NCBI RefSeq assembly: GCF_000284115.1
Contig: NC_017080.1
Span: 1,770,001-1,802,000 of the forward strand
Origin: Phycisphaera mikurensis NBRC 102666
GTDB lineage: Bacteria > Planctomycetota > Phycisphaerae > Phycisphaerales > Phycisphaeraceae
Reading direction: 5' to 3'
Length of the DNA: 32,000 bases
The notes under the pieces: model-generated
The model's input: the letters and a program-made list of their open reading frames with translations, nothing else
Database searches by the model: none
What the model was told of the DNA's origin: nothing
Shown: piece by piece, positions 8,188-15,668 of the stretch
Layout of the letters: each line of letters opens with the position of its first letter
Position numbering within the stretch: the first letter of the stretch is position 1
Translations under genes and position numbers: made by a program

Positions 8188-8212
8188 CCGGCACCGTTAT
8201 CGTTGACCCTCC

Positions 8213-9898
8213 ATGTCCAGCTACACCCTGCCCGAACTGCTCGAACCCGAGCCCGTCGCCGCGCAGACCGCGGTGCTCGTGGCCAGCGGCGACTCCCGCT
8301 CCTCCGCCAACGCGAGATGCTGGCCTGCGCAGCAGGAGCTCGAAGCCGACGCCGCCGAGGCACTCGCGGGCCTCGGCTGGAGCGTCCGACGCGGCCACGG
8401 CACGGTCGGATCCGCCCACGGCGAGCACGGATTCATCGACAGCCAGGCCCGCGGCCGCGACGTCTTCGCGAGCATCCACCCCGACGCCCCCGTCGTCGTC
8501 GCCGAGGCCGTTTGGCAGTACAGCAGCCACGTGCTCGCCGGGCTCTGCCAGCACCGCGGCCCCGTGCTCGTGCTTGCGAACTGGTCGGGCACCTGGCCCG
8601 GCCTCGTGGGCGCGTTGAACCTCCGCGGCTCGCTCACCAAGGCCGGGCGGCCGCACAGCTTCCTCTGGGGCGAGGACTTCGCGGCCGAGGGCTTCATGAG
8701 CAAGCTCAGGCAGTGGTGCGACACCGGCACCATCGAGCACGCCATGCCGCAGGTCCACGCCCGCGGCGGCCTGCCCGCCGCCGAGAGGGAGCTCGGGGAG
8801 GCGCTCGCCGCCGAGCTCCAGCACCGACCGGCCATCCTCGGCGTCTTCGACGAGGGCTGCATGGGCATGTTCAACGCCATCGTCCCGGATCACCTGCTGC
8901 ACCCCACCGGCGTCTTCAAGGAGCGGCTCAGCCAGAGCGCGCTGTACGCCGCGATGCGAGAGGTCTCCGACGCCGAGGCGCAGGCCGTCCGCGGCTGGTA
9001 CGACCAGGCGGGCATCACCTTCGAGACCGGCGACGATCCAGAGACCGACCTCACCGAGGACCAGATCCTCGACCAGTGCCGCATGTACGTCGCGGCCGTG
9101 CGGATCGCCGACGCCTTCGGGTGCGACGCCATCGGCATCCAGTACCAGCAGGGCCTCAAGGACCTCGCGCCGGCGAGCGACCTCGTCGAGGGCACGCTCA
9201 ACTGCAGCGTCCGCCCGCCGGTGGAGCGGGCCGACGGCTCGGTGATCCGCGGGGGCGAGGCGATCACCCACTTCAACGAAGCCGACGAGTGCGCCGGGCT
9301 CGACGGCCTCGTCACCCACCGCGTCTGGACCGCGATGGGCATGAGCCCCGACAACACCCTGCACGACCTGCGCTGGGGCGATGAAGACCGCAGCGGCACC
9401 ACCGACGCGTACGTCTGGGTGTTCGAGATCTCCGGCTCGGTGCCGCCCACGCACTTCGCCCACGGCTGGCAAGGCGCCACCAGCAAGCGCCAGCCCCCGA
9501 TGTACTTCCGCCTCGGCGGCGGCTCGATCCAGGGCGTGAGCAAGGCCGGCCCCTGCGTCTGGTCGCGCATCTACGTGGCCGACGACCGGCTCCACATGGA
9601 CCTGGGCCGCTGCCGGGCGATCGACCTGCCCGCCGAGGAGACGCAGCGCCGCCTCGACGCCACCACCCCGCAGTGGCCGATCATGCACGCCGTCACGCAC
9701 GGCGTGTCCCGCGACGAGATGATGGCCAAGCACCAGGCCAACCACATCCAGCTCGTCTACGCCGATAGCGACGAGCGGGCCGACCGCGCCCTCGCCGCCA
9801 AGGCCGCGATGGCCGCCGCGATGGGCATCCGCGTCAACCTCTGCGGCGAAGCCGCCGACGGGATGAGGCTCGCCGACAAGCTCGCGTCGCTGACCTGA
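8213..9898 (+). CDS. L-fucose isomerase-family sugar isomerase (substrate unknown)
   Basis: 561 aa. The C-terminal third aligns by eye with E. coli FucI: [25 protein letters not shown] versus [25 protein letters not shown]; [10 protein letters not shown] versus STWPTTWFAP; [12 protein letters not shown] versus WGANHGVLTIGH. The size is comparable to FucI (591 aa). Confidence 0.7.
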   Translation: MSSYTLPELLEPEPVAAQTAVLVASGDSRSSANARCWPAQQELEADAAEALAGLGWSVRRGHGTVGSAHGEHGFIDSQARGRDVFASIHPDAPVVVAEAVWQYSSHVLAGLCQHRGPVLVLANWSGTWPGLVGALNLRGSLTKAGRPHSFLWGEDFAAEGFMSKLRQWCDTGTIEHAMPQVHARGGLPAAERELGEALAAELQHRPAILGVFDEGCMGMFNAIVPDHLLHPTGVFKERLSQSALYAAMREVSDAEAQAVRGWYDQAGITFETGDDPETDLTEDQILDQCRMYVAAVRIADAFGCDAIGIQYQQGLKDLAPASDLVEGTLNCSVRPPVERADGSVIRGGEAITHFNEADECAGLDGLVTHRVWTAMGMSPDNTLHDLRWGDEDRSGTTDAYVWVFEISGSVPPTHFAHGWQGATSKRQPPMYFRLGGGSIQGVSKAGPCVWSRIYVADDRLHMDLGRCRAIDLPAEETQRRLDATTPQWPIMHAVTHGVSRDEMMAKHQANHIQLVYADSDERADRALAAKAAMAAAMGIRVNLCGEAADGMRLADKLASLT

Positions 9899-10107
9899 GC
9901 GCCGAGCCGCGGCTTGCGCGCAGGCCGGTCGCACAGCGGCGTTTCAGGCGCTTGGCGGACGGCCTGCGCCCGTCGCTCTGCCTGCGGGCCGCCGGCGGCC
10001 ACGGTACGGACCGGGGGCTTCCGGGCGCGTCCGTTGATCGCGGTCCGCGGATTTCTGGCACGATGCGGGGTTTCCGAAGCGCTCCTCTTGATCCACGTCC
10101 ACGCCCC

Positions 10108-11580
10108 ATGACCCGCCACCTCCTCGCCGTCGACCTGGGCGCCTCCTCCGGCCGCGTCATGTGCTGCACGCTCACCGGGGAAGGCTCGGCCGGCACGCTC
10201 CGCCTCGACGAGGCCCACCGCTTCGCCAACCGCACCGTCTTCGTGCCCGACGACGGGCCGCGGGGCGGCCGCTTCACGTGGGACATCGTCGGCCTCTACG
10301 CCGACGTCCTCCACGGATTGCGCGAGGGCGGCCGGCGCTTCGGGGGCGCGGTCGACGCGATCGGCATCGACAGCTGGGGGGTGGATTACGGCCTGCTCGA
10401 CGCGCAGGGCCGGCTGATCGCCAACCCCACCGCGTACCGCGACCCGCGTCACCCGCCGGTGGCGGAGCGGGTGAACGAGGCGATCGGCTGGCCGGCCCTT
10501 TACGAGCGGACCGGCATCCAGAAGCTGCCGTTCAACACGCTGTACCAGCTGGCCGCCGACGCGGAGGACCCCTCCGAGCCGCTGGAGCGCGCCGCTTCCG
10601 CGCTGATGATCCCCCAGCTGCTGGGCTACTGGCTCGCCGGCGAGAAGAGGAGCGAGCACACGCTGGCGAGCACCGGCGGGTGCTACGACACCGAGTCGGC
10701 CGCGTGGTGTGGGGAACTCCTCACGCCGCGGGGCGTGCCCGAGAACCTGTTGCCGCCCGCCGTGCAGCCGACCGATCGCATCGGCACGCTGCGGCCCGGC
10801 GTCGCCGAAGACCTCGGGCTGCCCGCCGGCACGCCGCTGATCGCGGTGGGCAGCCATGACACCGCCTCCGCTGTGGCGGGGGCGCCGCTGTCGGGCCCGG
10901 GCAGCGCGTACCTCTCCAGCGGGACGTGGTCGCTGCTGGGCGTCGAGCTCGACGAGCCGATCCGCACGGCCGCGGCGCGCGACGCCGGGTTCACCAACGA
11001 AGGCGGCGTGAGCGGGACGATCCGGTTCCTGAAGAACCACGCCGGGCTCTGGCTCGTCCAGGAGTGTCGCCGAGCTTGGAATGAGGGGGGGAACGACTAC
11101 GGCTTCCCCGAGCTGGCGCACCTGGCCGAAGCGGCGGGGCCCTCGCGCTGCTCGATCGACGCCGACGACCCGCGTTTCGCCGTGCCCGGCGACATGCCCG
11201 CCCGCGTGCGGGAGGCCGCGGCCGAGCGCGGCGCGCCGCTCCCCGACGAACCCGGCGCCGTCATGCGCTGCGTGCTCGAGTCGCTCGCCGCCGCCTACGC
11301 GGGCAGCGTCCGGACGCTCGGCGAGCTGACCGGCCGCCCGGTCGACCGCCTCCACCTCGTCGGCGGCGGCGGCAACCACCGGCTGCTCAACCGCCTCACC
11401 GCCGACGCCTGCGGCGTGCCCGTGGAGGTCGGGCCCACCGAGGCCACGGTCGTCGGCAACGCGCTGGTGCAGGCGATGGCGCTGGGCCGCGTCGCCGACC
11501 TCGCCGAGGCCCGGGCGATCGTGCGGGCCTCGTTCCCGATCGAGACGGTGGAGCCGTCGCCGGGGCGGGCCACGGATTGA
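10108..11580 (+). CDS. rhaB: Rhamnulokinase (FGGY family)
   Basis: ATG at 10108. AVDLGASSGRVM, GIDSWGVDYGLLD, YRDPR, LPFNTLYQL, GSHDTASAV, YLSSGTWSLLGVE, TNEGG, LKNHAGLWL and HLVGGG all match E. coli RhaB closely. The upstream part of the track ORF (from 9952) is not coding. Confidence 0.9.
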   Translation: MTRHLLAVDLGASSGRVMCCTLTGEGSAGTLRLDEAHRFANRTVFVPDDGPRGGRFTWDIVGLYADVLHGLREGGRRFGGAVDAIGIDSWGVDYGLLDAQGRLIANPTAYRDPRHPPVAERVNEAIGWPALYERTGIQKLPFNTLYQLAADAEDPSEPLERAASALMIPQLLGYWLAGEKRSEHTLASTGGCYDTESAAWCGELLTPRGVPENLLPPAVQPTDRIGTLRPGVAEDLGLPAGTPLIAVGSHDTASAVAGAPLSGPGSAYLSSGTWSLLGVELDEPIRTAAARDAGFTNEGGVSGTIRFLKNHAGLWLVQECRRAWNEGGNDYGFPELAHLAEAAGPSRCSIDADDPRFAVPGDMPARVREAAAERGAPLPDEPGAVMRCVLESLAAAYAGSVRTLGELTGRPVDRLHLVGGGGNHRLLNRLTADACGVPVEVGPTEATVVGNALVQAMALGRVADLAEARAIVRASFPIETVEPSPGRATD

Positions 11581-12656
11581 GCGGCCGCCTGGACGAGCTC
11601 GTCGCGCTCTCCCGCGGGTTCGGCTCGCGGCCCGGCTTCGCCCTCGCGGGCGGCGGGAACACCTCCTTGAAGACGGCGGACCGGCTGTGGGTGAAGGCCA
11701 GCGGGCACCGGCTGGCGGCGATCGACGCGAGCGGCTTCGTCGAGCTCGACCGCGGCAAGCTCGAAGCGATGCTCGACGCGGCGGACTGGCCCGAGGAGCC
11801 GGCCGCGCGGGAGGCGCTCTTCGTCGAGCGGGTGATGGCGGCGCGGGTGGATCCCGCCGCGGGGAGGCCCAGCGTGGAGGCGCTCCTCCACCATCTGCTG
11901 CCGGAGAGGTTCGTCGTCCACACGCACCCGACGGCGGTGAACGCGCTGGCGTGCTGCGTCCGCGGCGGAGCGCTCGCGGAGGAGCACCTCGGCCCGTCAG
12001 CGCTGTGGCAGCCGTACGCCGACCCCGGCCTCACGCTCGCGCTGGACCTGCGGGCCCGCCTCGGCGGCGGCCGCGGCGGCGTGGTGCTGATGGAGAACCA
12101 CGGGCTGATCGTTTCGGGCGCGGACGCGGAAGCAATCGAAGACGCCACATCGTCTTTGTTGCGGGACCTCCCGGCGGCCGACGCCGCCGGCTTCGGCGGC
12201 GACCCGCTCCCCGCGGACCGCCGCACGCTTGCCGAGATCGCGGCCACGGTCCGCGGCCTCGCCGCGGATCGTGCGGTCGTCCCCTTCGAGACGCTCGCGG
12301 TCCGCGGACTGGTTGCCACCACCGGCGGCCGCGCAGCCGCCCTCGCCGGTCCGCTCACGCCCGACCAGATCGTCTACTGCGGCGGCTTCCCGGCCTTCGT
12401 GGAGGCGGGCGGTTCGCTCGGAGCCGCCGTCGCCGCCGGCCCGCGCATCGTCCTGATCGCCGGGCGCGGCGGCCTCGCGATCCACGCGACCAAGAAGCAA
12501 GCCGCCACCGCCGCCGCGGTCTACGACGACGCCGCGCAGGTCATGCTCGCGGCACACGCCCTCGGCGGCGTGAAGACGATGACGCCCGCCCACCGCGTCT
12601 TCATCGAGCAGTGGGAGGCCGAGTCTCACCGCCAGCAGGTGGCGGCGGACGCCTGA
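11577..12656 (+). CDS. Class II aldolase/adducin-domain protein (RhaE-like, candidate rhamnulose-1-phosphate aldolase) without a fused dehydrogenase
   Basis: TTG start overlaps the rhaB stop (TTGA). GGGNTSLK..LWVKASG and VVHTHPTAVNA (metal-binding His motif) resemble the N-terminal aldolase half of YuxG/RhaEW-type bifunctional enzymes. At 359 aa it has no SDR domain. Confidence 0.75.
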   Translation: MSGRLDELVALSRGFGSRPGFALAGGGNTSLKTADRLWVKASGHRLAAIDASGFVELDRGKLEAMLDAADWPEEPAAREALFVERVMAARVDPAAGRPSVEALLHHLLPERFVVHTHPTAVNALACCVRGGALAEEHLGPSALWQPYADPGLTLALDLRARLGGGRGGVVLMENHGLIVSGADAEAIEDATSSLLRDLPAADAAGFGGDPLPADRRTLAEIAATVRGLAADRAVVPFETLAVRGLVATTGGRAAALAGPLTPDQIVYCGGFPAFVEAGGSLGAAVAAGPRIVLIAGRGGLAIHATKKQAATAAAVYDDAAQVMLAAHALGGVKTMTPAHRVFIEQWEAESHRQQVAADA

Positions 12657-12693
12657 GGCCGCGTCCGGCGCCCGCACCACCTACGTTGGGCGG

Positions 12694-13800
12694 ATGATCA
12701 GGTATGGAATCATCGGCACGGGCGGCATGGCGAGCGGGCACGCGGAGCGGACGGGCAAGATCGAGGGCGTGGAGATGGCCGCGTGCTGCGACATCGACGC
12801 CGAGCGATCGGCGGCGTTCGCCGAGAAGCACGGATTCGCGGCGAGCGTGACCGCCTACGAGGACCTGCTGGAGCGGTGCGACGCGGTCGCCATCGTCACC
12901 CCCGACAAGTTCCACGCGCCGCTGACGCTCCAGGGGCTCGCCGCGGGCAAGCACGTGATGTGCGAGAAGCCGCTGACCACCACCTTCGCGGACGCCAAGG
13001 AGGTGGCGTCGGCCGCGAGAAAGGCCCACGACGCAGGCCAGGTGACCTTCATCAACTTCACCTACCGCAACTCCGCCGCGTGGCAGGAGGCCCGCCGGAT
13101 GATCGCCGACGGCGCGATCGGCGAGGTCCGCCACGCGACCGGCCGCTACCTGCAGGCCTGGCTGGCGGCGAAGGTGTGGGGATCCTGGACCCAGGAGCAG
13201 TGGCTTTGGCGCTGCGAAACCCCCAAGAACCCGGACGGCACGCCCGTGGGCCCGGCCGCCGGCGGCGTGCTCGCCGACGTGGGCTGCCACATCCTCGACT
13301 TCATCACGGGCCTGACCGGGCCGGCGTCCTCGCTTCGTTGCACGGCGAAGAGCTTCCCCAACGTCGATCCCGACACCGGCGAACGGCACACCACGTACCA
13401 GGGCCGCACGCTCGACGCGAACAGCTCGGTGAGCGTGGAGCTGGACCTCGACGGCGGCGGCCTCGCGCTGGCGCAGGCCACCCGCTGGGCGTCGGGACAC
13501 CCCAACCAGGTAGCGCTGGGGGTCTACGGCACCGAGGGCGCGATCGAGATCGACCTGGAGGACAGCTGGACGAAGCTCCGCCACTGCCTCGGCGAGGCCC
13601 GGCACCGCAGCGGCTGGACGGCGGTCGACCTGGCGAAGACGCCCACCAACTACGACCGCTTCATCGCGTCGATCGCGACGGGCGAGCAGGACCAGGCGGA
13701 CATCCTGCGGGGGGCAAAGATCCAGGCGTACCTCGAGGCCTGCGACCTCTCGGTGCAGGCCGACGGGGCCCGAACCCCGGTGCCCTCGCTGGGCCTCTGA
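12694..13800 (+). CDS. Gfo/Idh/MocA-family NAD(P)-dependent oxidoreductase
   Basis: 368 aa with N-terminal Rossmann motif YGIIGTGGMASGHA and the family EKP motif (VMCEKPLTTT). Confidence 0.85.
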   Translation: MIRYGIIGTGGMASGHAERTGKIEGVEMAACCDIDAERSAAFAEKHGFAASVTAYEDLLERCDAVAIVTPDKFHAPLTLQGLAAGKHVMCEKPLTTTFADAKEVASAARKAHDAGQVTFINFTYRNSAAWQEARRMIADGAIGEVRHATGRYLQAWLAAKVWGSWTQEQWLWRCETPKNPDGTPVGPAAGGVLADVGCHILDFITGLTGPASSLRCTAKSFPNVDPDTGERHTTYQGRTLDANSSVSVELDLDGGGLALAQATRWASGHPNQVALGVYGTEGAIEIDLEDSWTKLRHCLGEARHRSGWTAVDLAKTPTNYDRFIASIATGEQDQADILRGAKIQAYLEACDLSVQADGARTPVPSLGL

Positions 13801-13939
13801 GCGGACCGGAGCGCCCGCCCACGCCCGCCTCACGACCCGCGGCCGCCCGCACGGGCCGCGGGCGGCGGGGCCCGGAGGCAGGTCCCCGGCCGCCCGCGGG
13901 CCCGGCCCCTCGATCGGCGGCCCCTTTACAGTCGCCGGC

Positions 13940-15559
13940 ATGTCCAGCGACCGCGAGAAGCCCGGCGTCTTCTACGTCACCACGCCCATCTACTACGTGA
14001 ACGACAGGCCCCACCTCGGGCACGTCTACACGACGCTGGTCGCCGACGTGGCCGCCCGCTTCCACCGCCTCCGCGGCGACGACGTCTTCTTCCTCACCGG
14101 CGTGGACGAGCACGCGGCGAAGGTCAGCGACCGGGCCGCGGAGAACGGCATGGGGCCGCAGGCCTGGGCGGACCGCAACGCGCTGGCGTTCCGGGAGACC
14201 TTCGACAAGCTGCGCCTCACCTTCGACGACTTCGTCCGCACCAGCAGCGACCGGCACAAGGAGCGGGTGACCGCTTACGTGACGGAGCTGCTCGCCAGCG
14301 GAGACGTCTACGAGGGCCGCTACGAGGGCTGGTACGACGCGGGCCAGGAGGAGTACGTGCCGGAGAACAAGGCGGAGGCGCAGGGCTTCCGAAGCGAGGT
14401 CAACGGCAAGCCGCTGGTGAAGAAGAGCGAGACGAACTACTTCTTCCGGCTCTCGGCGTACCGCGAGCGGGTGCTCGCTCACATCGAAGCGCATCCCGGC
14501 TTCGTCCAGCCCGCGGCCCGCCGCAACGAGGTCGTGAACCGGATCAAGGAGGCGCAGGACGTGCCGATCAGCCGCACGGGCGCGGCGCTGGGGGCCGACG
14601 GGAGGAGGTGGGGCATCCCGGTCCCCGGCGACGCCGAGCAGACCATCTACGTGTGGATCGACGCGCTCTTCAACTACCTCACGTACGCGGACGACGAGCA
14701 CCGGCGGCGCTACTGGCAGGCCGGGGCGACGCACTACATCGCCAAGGACATCCTCTGGTTCCACGCGGCGATCTGGCCGGCCTTGCTGCTTGCCCTTCGC
14801 GAGCGGCCCGGCTACGGGTGGGTGAACCTGCCCCAAACGGTCTTCACGCACAGCTACTGGGTCAGCGACTCGGGCGAGAAGATGAGCAAGAGCCTCGGCA
14901 ACTTCCTCGACCCCGAGGCCATCGACCGGGCGGTGGAGGCCTACGGCATCGACGCGCTCCGCTACTTCCTGGCGACCAAGGGCCCGCTGGGCACGACCGA
15001 CGCCTCCTTCTCGGCGGAGCTGTTCGACACCGTCTACCACAGCGACCTGGCGAACACGTTCGGCAACTCGGCCTCGCGCGTCACGAACATGCTCGTGCGG
15101 TACTGCGGCGGCGCTGTGCCCTGCGCAGCCGACCGCGGTGGCGGCCTCGCGGAGGAGGCCGACCGGGCGGTGGCGGCGGCGACGGCCGCGTACGACGCCG
15201 GTGACCTGGAGGGCGCGGCGGAGGCGGCGCTCACGCTGGTCCGACGGGTCGATGCGTACGTCGAGGCGACGCAGCCCTTCAAGATGTGGAAGGCGGAGGA
15301 GCTGAAGGCGGAGGTGGGCCCGATCCTCGCCCGCTGCGTGGAGGCGCTGCGGGTGGCGAGCGTGCTGCTTTGGCCGATCACGCCGCACAAGGTGGAGGAC
15401 TTCTGGTCGCGGATCGGCTGCGGGGCGCAGGCGGAAGCGCTGGCCGACGGCGGCCGGGGCGACCTCGCGGCCTGGGCGGCGTGGGGCGGGCTGGCGGCGG
15501 GTATGGCGGTCCAGAAGGGCGAGGCGCTGTTCCCCCGCGTGGAGCCGGCGCCGGTCTGA
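13940..15559 (+). CDS. metG: Methionyl-tRNA synthetase (short form, no C-terminal tRNA-binding domain)
   Basis: 539 aa. HIGH-type motif PHLGHVYT, KMSKS motif, plus TTPIYYVNDRPHLGH and WIDALFNY. Confidence 0.95.
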   Translation: MSSDREKPGVFYVTTPIYYVNDRPHLGHVYTTLVADVAARFHRLRGDDVFFLTGVDEHAAKVSDRAAENGMGPQAWADRNALAFRETFDKLRLTFDDFVRTSSDRHKERVTAYVTELLASGDVYEGRYEGWYDAGQEEYVPENKAEAQGFRSEVNGKPLVKKSETNYFFRLSAYRERVLAHIEAHPGFVQPAARRNEVVNRIKEAQDVPISRTGAALGADGRRWGIPVPGDAEQTIYVWIDALFNYLTYADDEHRRRYWQAGATHYIAKDILWFHAAIWPALLLALRERPGYGWVNLPQTVFTHSYWVSDSGEKMSKSLGNFLDPEAIDRAVEAYGIDALRYFLATKGPLGTTDASFSAELFDTVYHSDLANTFGNSASRVTNMLVRYCGGAVPCAADRGGGLAEEADRAVAAATAAYDAGDLEGAAEAALTLVRRVDAYVEATQPFKMWKAEELKAEVGPILARCVEALRVASVLLWPITPHKVEDFWSRIGCGAQAEALADGGRGDLAAWAAWGGLAAGMAVQKGEALFPRVEPAPV

Positions 15560-15577
15560 GCGGCGCGGCACCGGCCG

Positions 15578-15623
15578 CCGCGGACCGCTGCGTTTGGTGG
15601 GGATCCTGCCCGCCGGTCCGCGG
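15578..15623. repeat. 46-nt palindromic element, copy D
   Basis: CCGCGGACCG (15578-15587) / CGGTCCGCGG (15614-15623) with a 26-nt loop containing GGGGATCC. It starts 19 nt after the metG stop. Confidence 0.85.
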
Positions 15624-15668
15624 GACCGGGCTTCAGCACGCCGCGGGACGTGCCGATGTCGCTCGTGC

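Noticed and set aside
6845-9934. 1029-aa minus-strand ORF, and the overlapping 1224-aa + ORF 5710..9384
   Set aside because: Both cross several independently supported genes (GH130 on -, the isomerase on +) and the foldback elements. Their compositions are Arg/Gly/Pro junk with no recognisable domains.
10004-10050. Possible sixth (degenerate) copy of the palindromic element upstream of rhaB; a similar weak candidate lies at 13799-13842
   Set aside because: At 10004-10050 the right arm CGGTCCGCGG is perfect, but the left arm is GTACGGACCG (3 mismatches) and the span is 47 nt rather than 46. The 13799-13842 candidate has mismatches in both arms and spans 44 nt. Both are too weak to count without genome-wide statistics.
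12246-12310. Two CGGTCCGCGG decamers inside the aldolase gene as further copies of the palindromic element
   Set aside because: Both are in the same orientation with no matching CCGCGGACCG arm. They lie inside a CDS where they encode a repeated VRGL peptide, so this is coincidental use of a common GC-rich word.
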